A stretch of DNA of 64,000 nucleotides from an uncultured Planctomycetota bacterium. GTDB taxonomy: Bacteria > Planctomycetota > Planctomycetia > Isosphaerales > Isosphaeraceae. Position numbers and translations under genes: made by a program. Location of the stretch: positions 352,001-416,000 of the forward strand of contig CAWJTV010000034.1 in assembly GCA_963845755.1 (NCBI GenBank), written 5' to 3'. The notes beneath the pieces were generated by a model that worked only from the letters and a program-made list of their open reading frames with translations, did no database searches and was not told the DNA's origin. Of this stretch, positions 36,601 to 47,286 are shown in pieces. Positions within the stretch are counted from its first letter, which is position 1; each line of letters opens with the position of its first letter.

Positions 36601-37733
36601 GGTTCGGGCGCGACGCCGATCCCGCCGGCTCGCGGAATGATCGGGGCCGGACCATGTGCCGGCGTTCTCGCGGGGGCCGGGCGTGACTCGCCAGCCAGTT
36701 CCGCCAAGCTACCGAGCGACTCCATGGAGATAAGCGACTCGCCGGAGCCGTTCGAGGGTGCTTCCCCCCGTGAGACGGACCCCCATGACTCGGCCGGGAC
36801 AGCACGCCAATCGTGGTCCGGCTCCGATTCCATCGGAGCCAGGGCGAACCCTTCCCCCTGAGCATCAGGGTCGCTCGGAGTTGCCTCCAGCGCCGCGATC
36901 AGTTGATCGTAGTCAACAAAGCGATCGTCGGAATGCTTCGCCATCATGCGGAGGATGATCCCCGAGATGGCGGCCGGGATATCCGGTCGGAGGTCCCGAA
37001 TATCCGGCACGGGCGATCGAGCGTGGCGCGTCAACTTGTCCGTGATGTCGCCGCCCGGATACGGCGGCACCCCGGCGAGGAGGTAATAAAAGGTACAACC
37101 CAAGGAGTACATATCGCTCAGGATGCTGGTCGCCCGACTGTCGCGTGCCTGCTCCGGCGCCATGTAGTCCACGGTGCCGACCGTCGTTCCCTCCCGCGTC
37201 ACGCGTTCATCCTCGAAATCCGACTGGAGGGCCAGGCCCAGATCGATGATCTTGACCTCACCGCCGGCCGTCCTCAGGATGTTCGAGGGCTTGATGTCTC
37301 GATGGATCAGTCCGCGGCTCGCCGCGTATCGGAGGCCGCTGGCGACGCTTCGGATCACCGCGATCGTGTCGGATACCGACAGCGGGCCGTTGCGCTGGAT
37401 GTAATCGTGGAAGTCGCCGCCGCGGACATACTCGAGCACCAGGTAATGCCGCCCCTCGTCGATCCCGCGATCGTAAATCGAGACGATGTTAGGGTGTTCG
37501 AGAGTCTCCGCGCTGCGCGCCTCGCGCAGGAATCGCTGGAGCAGCGTGGAGTTGCGGGTAAGCGTCCGGATCAAGACCTTCACCGCGACCTCGTGACCGG
37601 TCTGGGCATGGACGGCCCGATAGACCGTGCTCATCCCGCCGCTACCCAGCGGTTCGAGGATTCGGTAACTCCCGATCCTCAGGTCGGGCACGGAGTCACG
37701 CGGAGGGTCAGCTCGCGAACTAGACTCTTCCAT
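33700..37733 (-). CDS. Ser/Thr protein kinase with TM segment and large beta-rich extracytoplasmic region (probable frameshift near 33850)
   Basis: LGSGGMSTVY, VAVKVL, HRDIKPSN, DLGLA and GTVDYMAPEQ; TM WILSSVAIGASLVMLLIGL; beta-helix-like repeats (ITLEGIDL, LTLRDCTITI, LVLSGCQL). Confidence 0.88.
35240..35255. promoter_or_regulatory. parS site (CGTTCCACGTGGAACG)
   Basis: Perfect 16-bp palindrome matching the parS consensus nGTTtCACGTGAAACn. Confidence 0.75.
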
Positions 37734-38136
37734 CGCGTTGCCCGAAGTTCTTCCTCACCAAGGACCTGGTTTGCCGGAGAATCCTCGTCCCCATCGGATC
37801 GCTCGGCCAGTATCATTCCCGCGTGGCCCTTCGGGTCGCCGCCGGGAGAATCGTGCGGACGATCGAGAATGAGCGGGCCATCGAACATCAATCGCGGGTG
37901 ACGGACTCGGGGACGGTGGATATGGCCGACGGTTGCCGGCTTGGGTTCTCCCCGACCGGGAGCACCTAAGGAGAGTTTAGCAACCGGCCCCGCCCAATTC
38001 GGTTGCCGTTATTGTACAACGCCAGCGGTCGGCTGTGACAGCCCTTCCCAACTCGCGCGGAGGACTCAGCCTCGATGCGCCCGGCGAAGTGTTCCCGTGC
38101 CCCGCGCCCCAAGACACGTGCTGACACAGGGTTCGA

Positions 38137-38919
38137 TCAGAGGACCTGTAGGCTCAACCCGCCGTCAACATCGAAGACACTTCCGGCGGAGTAGGGGAAT
38201 GCGCCTGCGGCGATGGCGGCGACGGCGCGTCCGACATCTTCGGCCTGTCCCCATCGGCCGGCCGGGATGAGTCCACGTGCAATCTTTTCGTCGTACGCCG
38301 CGCGAACCGGCCGGGTCATGTCGCTTTCGATGAGGCCGGGTCGGATCTCATAAACGCCGATGCCCATCCCGGCCAGCCGGACCGCGAAGAGCTGCGCGAC
38401 CATACTCAGCCCCGCCTTCGACACGCAATACTCGCCCCGAGAGACACTGGCGAACCGGCTCGAGATCGACGTGATGAAGACGATCCGTGGCTCGGCGACG
38501 ACGCCGTTGGCTCGCAACTCGAGGAGCGCCTGCGCCACGGTCTGGGTGAGAAAGAACGGCCCGCGCAAATTCGTGTCCAGAACGCGGTCCCAACTGGCGG
38601 GGGTCGTCTCCATAAGGTCAAGCCGACGATCTGGGGCCACCCCCGCGTTGTTGACCCACAGGTCAACTCGTCCCGCCACCGCTAGGGAATCCGACACCAG
38701 ACGCCGTCCCTCGGCCAGGTCCGCGATATCGGACTGGATCGGCACCGCCCGCGGCGACCCGCGCGCTTCCGCTTCCCGACACGTTGCCACCGCCGCCTCA
38801 AGGTCGGACCGGTAGTTCACCACGATGGTAAAACCCAGTTCGGCCACGGCCAGGACGATGCCTCGACCGATCCCGCGCCCTCCCCCGGTTACGACCGCAA
38901 CTCGTGCTGCCCCATCCAT
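38137..38919 (-). CDS. SDR, 3-ketoacyl-ACP-reductase-like
   Basis: TGGGRGIG, NNAG, YCVSK and DVDGG. Confidence 0.88.
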   Translation of the reverse strand: MDGAARVAVVTGGGRGIGRGIVLAVAELGFTIVVNYRSDLEAAVATCREAEARGSPRAVPIQSDIADLAEGRRLVSDSLAVAGRVDLWVNNAGVAPDRRLDLMETTPASWDRVLDTNLRGPFFLTQTVAQALLELRANGVVAEPRIVFITSISSRFASVSRGEYCVSKAGLSMVAQLFAVRLAGMGIGVYEIRPGLIESDMTRPVRAAYDEKIARGLIPAGRWGQAEDVGRAVAAIAAGAFPYSAGSVFDVDGGLSLQVL

Positions 38920-39061
38920 CCGCGCAGTCCTCCTCGTTCCTCCAACACGCCGATCGAACCGTCCTCACGACCGCGTCAACGGATTCCCGACTGGCGGTCC
39001 GTGGTCTTCTCCTCAAACATGATCGTCATCTTGCAATTCCTGGAGGCGGTCGGCAAGCAAG

Positions 39062-39091
39062 TTGACAGGAAACCCCACGATGCCGGACAAT
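39062..39091 (+). promoter_or_regulatory. Sigma70-type promoter of the tRNA-Arg pair
   Basis: TTGACA-N18-GACAAT about 20 nt upstream of the first tRNA. Confidence 0.55.
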
Positions 39092-39111
39092 TCTTGATCA
39101 GAGACGACTCC

Positions 39112-39185
39112 GCGCTCGTAGCTCAGTAGGATAGAGCGGCGGTTTCCTAAACCGCAGGTCGCAGGTTCGAATCCTGCCGGGCGCA
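39112..39185 (+). tRNA. tRNA-Arg (CCT)
   Basis: Acceptor GCGCTCG/CGGGCGC; GCGGT-TTCCTAA-ACCGC; GCAGG-TTCGAAT-CCTGC. Confidence 0.95.
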
Positions 39186-39252
39186 GCTCGTCGGAAGATG
39201 GGGTGCTCCGGTCCGGTGCAGGGTTGTCGTCACGAGCTGCCCCGGTTCTGTC

Positions 39253-39326
39253 GCGCCCGTAGCTCAGGAGGATAGAGCAACGGTTTTCTAAACCGTCGGT
39301 CGCAGGTTCGAGTCCTGCCGGGCGTA
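39253..39326 (+). tRNA. tRNA-Arg (TCT)
   Basis: Acceptor GCGCCCG/CGGGCGT; ACGGT-TTTCTAA-ACCGT; GCAGG-TTCGAGT-CCTGC. Confidence 0.95.
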
Positions 39327-39540
39327 ATCGCGCCGAATCTCTCCAAGTGACTCTCGGCGGAATGTGGTAGTCCGATCTCAACGAGGGGTTCTCCACGCCA
39401 GCTCGAGCGACCGCCTTGCGAGGGGTCGTTCCGTTGATACGCGGACAATGGGTCGAATGCCTCCCGCGGTGACGATGACAAGTTTCGGGGATTTTGATAC
39501 AACGGTCACCTGAGAAGAACGCGCGATCGCGTTGTGGTCC

Positions 39541-39556
39541 CGTTCCACGTGAAACG
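39541..39556. promoter_or_regulatory. parS site (CGTTCCACGTGAAACG)
   Basis: Near-consensus parS palindrome, intergenic. Confidence 0.8.
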
Positions 39557-39647
39557 ACCGGTTGCGGACCCGTCGTCTTTGCTCTTTCTGTCCCGACCTC
39601 GATCAGCCGGCCCGACCAGGACGATTTGGCCAAGGCGGATGAATGCG

Positions 39648-40358
39648 ATGAGTGAAGAGCGGCTCACCGACATCTCGACGATCTGGACGACGATCAGCAG
39701 CGCCCATACGCCGGGCCCGAAGAGCCAAGCCGCGATGGAAGACCTCGTCGGCCGGTATCACGATGCCCTCACGCGCTACATCCATCTGAAGGTCCGCGAC
39801 AAGAATCTGGCCGACGAAGTCCTCCAGGAGTTCTGGACCAAGCTCCTGACCGGCAAGTTGGCCGGGGCCGATAAGAGCAAAGGCCGGTTCCGTGACTACT
39901 TGCGAACCGTCCTCCACCGGCTGATCATCGACCACTTCCGCACCCGGAAGCTCCAATCGCTCCCCCCGGGCGACTTGCTCGATGCCAGCCGTCCCGATGA
40001 GGATTTCGACCGTGTCTGGCGCGAGGCCGTGATCAACCGGGTCTGGTCGCGTCTGGAGACCTACCAGGCCACGACGCCGAAGAATCGTTACGCAACCGTT
40101 CTCCAGCTTCGACGCGATCACCCCGACGCGTCGATCGAGGAAATCGCCGAGAAACTCGGCGAGATCACGCGGACCCCGGTCCGAGCCGAAGCTTTTCGAA
40201 AGAACCTCCAGCGCGCACGTGCCAAGTTTATCGAACTCCTGGTCCAGGAGCTGCGCGAGACGATCCACCCAACCAGTACCGAAGACATCGAGGCGGAAAT
40301 CTTCGACCTGGGCCTTGGCCATCTCTATCGACGCTATTCCGCAGCCTCCGAGGAGTAG
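39648..40358 (+). CDS. ECF-type sigma factor (planctomycete type)
   Basis: ISTIW, LVGRYHDALTRYI, ADEVLQEF, KGRFRDYLRTVLHRLIIDHFR, FDRVWRE, RKNLQRARAKF. Confidence 0.8.
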   Translation: MSEERLTDISTIWTTISSAHTPGPKSQAAMEDLVGRYHDALTRYIHLKVRDKNLADEVLQEFWTKLLTGKLAGADKSKGRFRDYLRTVLHRLIIDHFRTRKLQSLPPGDLLDASRPDEDFDRVWREAVINRVWSRLETYQATTPKNRYATVLQLRRDHPDASIEEIAEKLGEITRTPVRAEAFRKNLQRARAKFIELLVQELRETIHPTSTEDIEAEIFDLGLGHLYRRYSAASEE

Positions 40359-40497
40359 GACGCCCTCGCGTGTCCGGATGCGATGTGAGGCTCGTTCGAT
40401 CCTCCTCAACTCCTTTTTAAATCAACGGCTACGGCCTTCCTCACACCCTGACTAGCCCGCGCCAATCACGACCCGAATGACCCCAACTGCGAAACCT

Positions 40498-40523
40498 GAG
40501 ATCGAACGAATTCGTTCGGTCTC
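40498..40523. repeat. 26-bp near-perfect palindrome GAGATCGAACGAATTCGTTCGGTCTC upstream of the csrA promoter
   Basis: Direct reading; one non-Watson-Crick pair. Could be an operator or a terminator hairpin. Confidence 0.5.
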
Positions 40524-40559
40524 GGGGGGTTAGGTACGTTGAAAAAAATGCGCATCCCC

Positions 40560-40587
40560 TTGACCGCTTCGTTTCAGCATGTACAGT
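40560..40587 (+). promoter_or_regulatory. Putative csrA promoter
   Basis: TTGACC-N16-TACAGT. Confidence 0.45.
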
Positions 40588-40714
40588 TCATTGAAGACGG
40601 TCTGCCTAATCACAGGTTGGTGATGATGTGCATTCCGTCATTTCCTGGATCAATGCGTACTCACAGCAATGGATGGACCGCGCCCAGCACAACGGGCACC
40701 AGAGGGGAGCGGCA

Positions 40715-40924
40715 ATGCTGGTTCTCTCCCGTAAGAAAAACGAGAGCATCATCATCAACGACAACATCACGGTCACGGTGATCGAGATCCGTGGAGACAA
40801 GGTGCGTCTTGGCATCGAGGCTCCGAAGGATGTCACCGTCCATCGCCGTGAGGTTTATGAGGCGATTCAGAATCAGGCCCGTGCCTCGGATCAGGGCGCC
40901 AAAGTGGGTCGCTCGGAAATCTGA
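40715..40924 (+). CDS. csrA: Carbon storage regulator CsrA
   Basis: [52 protein letters not shown]. Confidence 0.96.
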   Translation: MLVLSRKKNESIIINDNITVTVIEIRGDKVRLGIEAPKDVTVHRREVYEAIQNQARASDQGAKVGRSEI

Positions 40925-41027
40925 GACAGCGCGGGCCTGCGCATGCCATGGGGATCCGAACCGGGTTACCCGGTTTCACGATTCGCCTGGCGACGACCGT
41001 TACGTGCGCGATCGAACACCGAGCCGG

Positions 41028-41588
41028 TCAACTCGAATTTCGAGACTTCAGGACTCGGATGAATTCCTTCATCCAGGGCCCGTTGTCGGGCCAACCGCGC
41101 ACCGTGACCAGGGGACCATCCACGACGACCTCCCGATCGACGAACTCGGCCCCCGCGTTTCGGATGTCGAGCCGGAGATCCGGATAGGCGGTGAGGGTCT
41201 TCCCGCGGCCACCTCCGGCTGCCAGAACCAGCAAGGGCCCGTGGCAGTTGGCCGCGATCGGCTTACCCGCCTCGACGAAGTGCCGGACGATCGCCACGGC
41301 GTCCTCGCGGTTTCGCAAGTATTCCGGGGCCCGACCGCCAGGAAGGACCAGCGCGTCATAAGACTCTGCGACGACCTCGCCCAGTCCCAGGTCCGCCTGC
41401 ACCCGGTAGCCCGGCTTCTCGGTATACGTGTCGAATCCGGGCTCGAAGTCATGGACGACGGAGAGGAACGCGCGCTTCTGAGGCGCCGCGATGTGCACCT
41501 GCCAGCCTTCCTCCTCCAGCCGGAACTTGGCGTAATAGATCTCCTGGGCCTCGCCAGCGTCCCCCGTGATCATCAGGATTTTGATCAT
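41028..41588 (-). CDS. DJ-1/PfpI family protein
   Basis: YDALVLPGGRAPEYLR, IAANCHG nucleophile motif, VVVDGPLVT. Confidence 0.9.
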   Translation of the reverse strand: MIKILMITGDAGEAQEIYYAKFRLEEEGWQVHIAAPQKRAFLSVVHDFEPGFDTYTEKPGYRVQADLGLGEVVAESYDALVLPGGRAPEYLRNREDAVAIVRHFVEAGKPIAANCHGPLLVLAAGGGRGKTLTAYPDLRLDIRNAGAEFVDREVVVDGPLVTVRGWPDNGPWMKEFIRVLKSRNSS

Positions 41589-41728
41589 GTTGCATCCCCG
41601 GCTTCGTCCCTCGATCGGGCCATTCCGGTCGGTCGAAGACGTTAGGCTATCGCGTCAGGAGTCCGGCTGCAACCCATTCCTTCGGCAGGCGCGTCGATCG
41701 ACGGATGCGGCCGATTCCCCGGGTTCGC

Positions 41729-41758
41729 TTGACCACGCGACCTGAGCCCGTTTACAGT
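41729..41758 (+). promoter_or_regulatory. Putative tRNA-Glu promoter
   Basis: TTGACC-N18-TACAGT, 20 nt upstream of the tRNA. Confidence 0.5.
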
Positions 41759-41778
41759 CTATCGTCGGAGAGCATGAT

Positions 41779-41853
41779 GGCCCCGTCGTCTAGCCTGGTC
41801 TAGGACACATGCCTTTCACGCATGCAACACGGGTTCAAATCCCGTCGGGGTCA
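41779..41853 (+). tRNA. tRNA-Glu (TTC)
   Basis: Acceptor GGCCCCG/CGGGGTC; CATGC-CTTTCAC-GCATG; ACGGG-TTCAAAT-CCCGT. Confidence 0.95.
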
Positions 41854-41924
41854 CTCTCGGTGTTCGCCATTTCAAGCCGCGGGTCGTCGGCCCGCGAGCG
41901 ATAATTGCCGGACTCCATCAGTCG

Positions 41925-42875
41925 TCACTGACGTCCGGCTTCCGCCCCGAGTGCATGAAGATGGACCTCGACGCATCCCGCGAGGATGGGGATGTTGTAG
42001 CCTCCTTCGAGCACGCTGACAATTCGCCCGGCGGAATGGGTTTCCGCAACGGCGACGATCGCCTTCGTGAGTGCCGCGAAGTCCTCGAAATCCAGCCCGA
42101 GGTCTCCGACGGGATCTTCGGCATGTGCGTCGAAGCCCGCGCTGATGAGCACCAGGTCCGGGCGGACCTTGTCGGCAAGAGTCTCCAGGCCCGCCCGGAA
42201 CGCGGCGTGATACTCGCCGCGAGGCGTGCCATAAGTCACGGGGATGTTCCGCGTCGAGCCGAGTCCATCGCCGGTCCCGGTTTCCGTCTTCGCTCCCGTC
42301 CCGGGATAGAAGGGGTGGCGGTGGATGGAGAGGAAGCCGACGCGCGACGTCTCGTAGAAAATCTCCTGTGTACCGTTGCCGTGATGGACGTCAAAGTCAA
42401 CGATCAGCACTCGGTTCAAATCGAACCGCGCCAGCGCGTCCTCCGCCGCGATCGCGACATTGCCATAGATGCAGAATCCCATCCCGGCCGCGGGCCTTGC
42501 GTGGTGGCCCGGGGGACGAACCAGGCAGAGGGCACGACGTCCCGGAGCCGCCATGACGAACGAGACGGCTTCGACCGCGGCCCCCGCGGCCAGCCGGGCC
42601 GCCAGGCCCGACCCGGGCCGCAGCCAGGTGTCGGGGTCCAGCATCCCGCCGCCCCCGGATTCGAGCTCCTTGACTTCCTCGAGGTAGCTGCCCTTGTGGA
42701 CGCGCGACAGCTCCTCGTGCGTGACCTCGCGGACCAGGCCGCTGGGGCAGGTCTTGAGATATCCCGTTCGCTCGAGCTGCCGCAGAATCGCCTGGAGCCG
42801 CTCGGGGCGTTCCGGGTGATGAGCCGGGACGCGATGTTCGATCATGCGCCGATCCGTGAAGACCGAGATGGTCAT
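41925..42875 (-). CDS. Histone deacetylase-family (Zn-dependent) amidohydrolase
   Basis: HPERPERL, RPPGHHA, MGFC, DFDVHHGNGTQ, SAGFDAH and LEGGY. Confidence 0.93.
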   Translation of the reverse strand: MTISVFTDRRMIEHRVPAHHPERPERLQAILRQLERTGYLKTCPSGLVREVTHEELSRVHKGSYLEEVKELESGGGGMLDPDTWLRPGSGLAARLAAGAAVEAVSFVMAAPGRRALCLVRPPGHHARPAAGMGFCIYGNVAIAAEDALARFDLNRVLIVDFDVHHGNGTQEIFYETSRVGFLSIHRHPFYPGTGAKTETGTGDGLGSTRNIPVTYGTPRGEYHAAFRAGLETLADKVRPDLVLISAGFDAHAEDPVGDLGLDFEDFAALTKAIVAVAETHSAGRIVSVLEGGYNIPILAGCVEVHLHALGAEAGRQ

Positions 42876-42999
42876 GGCTCCTCCTCGGGATCCGACGAAC
42901 GGGAGTGTCTCTTGGTGATCGTGATCGCGATCGCTCCCCGGATCATACCAGATCGGGATTGTACCGAGGCAACGGGGCGGGCCGCCGTTTCCGTTCTGA

Positions 43000-43015
43000 G
43001 GTTCCACGTGAAACC
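43000..43015. promoter_or_regulatory. parS site (GGTTCCACGTGAAACC)
   Basis: Near-consensus parS palindrome in the divergent intergenic region. Confidence 0.8.
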
Positions 43016-43086
43016 GGTTTGAGGGCAGGGGGGTGGAATCGAGGCGGATTTACCGGAGGCCGCTCAGCCCGTTAGAATCGAACCGC

Positions 43087-44821
43087 ATGAGCGGAATCTC
43101 CTGGCGACGTGATCCCGGCCTCGCGCGCGAACTCTGGGTCGTGGTGGCGTTGACCCTGGTCGGGGGTACGCTCCGACTCTGGTCGCTGGGCCGGCTCGGA
43201 CTGGTCCATTTCGACGAGGGGATCTATGCGCTCGCCGGCTTGTGGGTATTCTCGCCGAGCGGCTTGCTGGGACTCGATCCGACGACGATCCCGTACGCAC
43301 CGCCCGGCTTCCCATTCCTCGTCGGTTGGGCCTACATGTTCCTGGGCATTGGCGACACGCCGGCGATCCTCGTCTCGATCGCGGCAGGGACGCTGACGAT
43401 CCCCGCGGTCGGCTGGGTGGCCTGTCGGACGTTCGGCCGCGGGGCAGGGGCCGCGACCGCAGCCTACGCTGCATTCTCCGGGCCGCATATCGCGTTCTCG
43501 CGCATGGCGCTCACCGACGCCACGTTCTTGCTGACCTGGGTGCTGGCGATCGGGGCGGGGCAGCGCTTCCTGGAGCGGCCCGGTTTCTCGAGAGCGGTGA
43601 TGCTGGGACTGTCGGTCGGCGTCGCGCAGCTCTTCAAGTACAACGGATGGATCGGAGGCGTCCTCGTCGCGATCAGTGCGGTGGTCTGCTTGCTGTCCCA
43701 TCCCGATGCGCGGAGCCCCGAAGACATTGCTCGCCATCTGGGGATGGGGACTCCTGGCCGCACTGGTGGCTGCGATCGTCTACTGGCCCTGGTACCGATT
43801 CGTGGACTCGCACGGGGGCTATGCCTCGTTGCTGGCACACCACCGGGGCTACGTGGACGGGATTTCCTCCTGGCTCGGTCATCTCCACATCCAACTCTCA
43901 CAAGCGAGGGCCCTTGCCGCGGGAGTTGCGTGGGACCTCCTCGCCGGCCTTGTGGCGGCCGTGGGGGCGTGGGGGGCGACACGGGACCGATTCCAGGAAC
44001 TTGGGCGGCTGCGTCGGACCTTGCTTCCCGTCGGGTTCCTCGTGGTGATCGGTGCAACCGAATTGCTCGGCCTGGCCCTGGTCATCCTTCTGGTGTGGAC
44101 GACCGCACTCGACTCCAAGAGATTGACGACCTCGATGGTCCATCTGTTGGCTGGCTGGCTCGTCCTCTTTCTCATGACGCCGCTCTATCATCCCTATGCT
44201 CGTCTCTGGCTGCCGGTCGAGGCATTCGGTTGGCTATTCATGGGGGGCGGGTTTGCGGTGATCCTGAGGAGATTCAACGCCGTCGAACCTGGGACCGGTC
44301 GAGGCGGAATCCTCCCGACGCCCCGGGATCCGATCGTCGCTCTCGGAGTGATTTGCTTGTTCGTCTTCTTCTTCGGGATTGGCCGGGACATCATGTCGCC
44401 GGCGCACACAGTCTCGACCATGCTCGGTCCATCCGACTCCCTACGGCAAGCCTGCCGAATCCTCTCACGCGACCTCCCCGAGGATGCCAGGGCCCTACGT
44501 CTCTATGTTCGTCCACCGGTCACGTTCTACCTTGCGGGTCGGATTCCCGTGTATCCTCAGCCCGACCTGGAGCATCTGCTCGCAACGGGGAATCCAAGAT
44601 CCTGGGCCCTACTCGACATGGCGATGATCCGTCAACAGCGCGGAGGACGAGAGCGTCTTGCCGGCCTGATCGACCGCTGGACCGTGGTCCGCGAGGTCGC
44701 GACCACGCTCAACCTGCCCACCTTGCTGGACATCGAACCGTCGGCAGCTATGAATGGGGCAGGGGACCTGTCGGCTCCGCTGCTGCTCCTGAGACCGAAA
44801 CCATCCGAGATAAGCCCATGA
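43087..44821 (+). CDS. GT-C fold glycosyltransferase (ArnT/PMT, GT39-like); frameshift near 43710
   Basis: LRLWSL..HFDEGIY, YAPPGFP, FSRMALTD, FKYNG and many TM helices. Confidence 0.78.
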
Positions 44822-46173
44822 ATCCGGAACCACCCGTCTCGCTCTGGCCCAATCCCGATGCGCTTGGGCCGGTCACCGACCTGTACGAGCTGACGATGAT
44901 CGTCGGGTATTTCGCATCGGGGATGGCGAATCGGATCGCGTCGTTCGAGCTGTTCGTGCGGAAGATGCCGGCAAACCGCGCCTACATGGTGTTTGCCGGT
45001 CTCGAGCAGGCGATCGGCGACGTGCTCCGGTTGGCCTTCGCGTCCGACCAGGTCGAGGCGATCCGGCATTGGCCGGTCTTCGCGGGGATCGATCCGGCGA
45101 TCATGGACTCACTCGCGGGACTTCGGTTCGAAGGAGACGTCTGGGCCGTCCCCGAGGGGACCGTGGTTTTCCCGGGGGAGACCCTGCTGCGGGTCACGGC
45201 CCCGCTGCCCCAGGCGCAATGGCTCGAGACGTATCTGGTTGCGGCGCTGGCCTATCCGACCTTGGTCGCATCGAAGGCGGCTCGGACCGTCATGGCGGCC
45301 GGGGGCCGGCCTCTTTACGAGTTCGGAGCGCGCCGCGGGCACGGCCCTCATGCCGGGTTCCTCGCGGCACGAGCCGCCTACCTTGCCGGCTTCGCGGGGA
45401 CCAGCCACGTCGAGGCCGCTCGGCTGCTGGGAATTCCCGCGTCGGGGACGATGGCCCACTCGTGGGTCCAGGCCTTCGCCAGCGAGCCCGAAGCGTTCCA
45501 GGCGTTCGCGCAGGTCTTCGGGGCATCCACCACTCTCCTCGTCGACACTTACGACACGATCGAGGGCGTCCGGCGATGCCGCGGCCGTCGAGGCGACCCA
45601 TCCAGGCCGTCCGGATCGACAGTGGTGACCTCGACGACCTGTCGCGGCGGTCGCGCACGATCCTCGATGATCGCGGACGGGCCGGCGTGAAGATCATGGC
45701 CTCCGGCGACCTCGACGAATACCGGATCGCCCGGCTGGTCGAAGCGGGTCGCGCCGATCGACGGTTTCGGCGTCGGTACCGAGTTGATCACGTCTCGCGA
45801 CGCCCCGGCTTTGGGGATGGTGTACAAGCTGGTCGAGCTGGACGGCGAGGGCAAGTTCAAGCTCAGCCCGGGCAAGAAGACCTATCCCATGGCCAAGCAG
45901 GTCTTCCGCCGTCGAGACGCGGCAGGGCAGTTCGTCGGCGACCACGTCACGCGCGCCGATGAATCGGCCGAAGGTGAGCCGCTCCTGGTCCCGATCATCC
46001 AGGCCGGACGTCTGGCGAGACCGTTCCCTTCGCTGGAGACCATCCGCGAGCGTTGCCGGCAGCAGCTCGCCGCCTTGCCGGACCGTCTGATCCGTCTCGA
46101 CTCCACCCCCGATTACCCGATCACGTATAGCGAGACTCTCGAAGCCGATGCTCGACGCCTGATGAGCCGATAA
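44818..46173 (+). CDS. pncB: Nicotinate phosphoribosyltransferase (frameshifts at about 45575-45755)
   Basis: TDLYELTM, EFGARR, GTMAHSWV, LVDTYDT, VRIDSGD, ASGDLDE, GVGT and VYKLVE. Confidence 0.92.
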
Positions 46174-46383
46174 AGAGAGAGCGAACTGAACTTTACACCC
46201 CTCGTCGCGGCCGATACGATCCCGTGCGTTCTGCGGAGTCAAGGGCTCCTGCGCGATTGCGGCGTGTCTTCAGTTCCACGATCGCTCCCCGGCCGGTCCT
46301 GAAGGACCTGGTCTGGCTGACCGACGCCGCCCGGGCCACGGACGTCTGGGCTCACGCGGAACCTGTCATGGAGGTCAACGACC

Positions 46384-47286
46384 GTGAATCGACGTCGTCT
46401 AGGACGCGGCCTGGAAGCCTTGCTGGGGCGTGAGGAAGGGGGATTCGAACCCGGATCGTTCGAGACGGCCGAGCAGCTTCAGGTCGCCGTCGATCTGATC
46501 GATCCCAATCCGTTTCAACCCCGCCGGCAGTTCAACCCGGAGGAAATTGCTTCGCTGGCCGGCTCGCTCCGGCAGCATGGGATGCTCCAGCCGATCCTGG
46601 TCCGGGCCGTCGGCACGCGCTACCAGCTCATCGCCGGCGAACGTCGGCTTCGCGCCAGCATCGAGGCCCACCTCCAGGACATCCCCGCTCGCGTCCTCGA
46701 CCTCGACGATCAACGCGTTTTCGAGATCGCGATGGTCGAGAACCTCCAGCGCGAGGATCTCAACGCGATCGACAAGGCCGCCGCATTCCGCGATTACCTC
46801 GCGCGCTACGGCGGAACTCAGGAAGAGCTGGCGGGCCGGCTGGGCCTCGATCGTTCGACGGTCTCCAACCTGATCCGCCTCCTCGAGCTTCCCGACGAGG
46901 TCCTTCAGGCGGTCCGTTCCAATCAGATCAGTCAGGGACACGCCCGCGCACTGCTGGGGCTCGACGACCCCGAGGCCCGCGTGATCGCCTGCCGTCGCAT
47001 CGTGGCCGACCATCTCTCGGTTCGCCAGACGGAGGCCCTCGTCGCGACCGGTGTCCCCACGCCCAGTCGCCCCAGGGTCCGCAAGGATCCCGCTCATCCT
47101 CCCGATGCCAAGTCCCCCCATATCCTCGATCTCGAGCAGGTCCTTCACCGCCGACTCGGGACCACCGTGATGATCCGAGCCAAGACGCCGGAACGCGGTC
47201 AGATTATCATCGACTACCATTCCCGTGAGGAGTTCGATCGCCTGACCGGCCTGTTTCAGACTCACCCCGAGTCCGATTCCGAATGA
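46384..47286 (+). CDS. parB: ParB/Spo0J chromosome partitioning protein
   Basis: LGRGLEAL N-terminus, PNPFQPRR, IAGERRLRA CTP-binding motif, ENLQREDLN, HTH TQEELAGRLGLDRSTVSNLIRLL, GHARALL. Confidence 0.95.
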   Translation: MNRRRLGRGLEALLGREEGGFEPGSFETAEQLQVAVDLIDPNPFQPRRQFNPEEIASLAGSLRQHGMLQPILVRAVGTRYQLIAGERRLRASIEAHLQDIPARVLDLDDQRVFEIAMVENLQREDLNAIDKAAAFRDYLARYGGTQEELAGRLGLDRSTVSNLIRLLELPDEVLQAVRSNQISQGHARALLGLDDPEARVIACRRIVADHLSVRQTEALVATGVPTPSRPRVRKDPAHPPDAKSPHILDLEQVLHRRLGTTVMIRAKTPERGQIIIDYHSREEFDRLTGLFQTHPESDSE

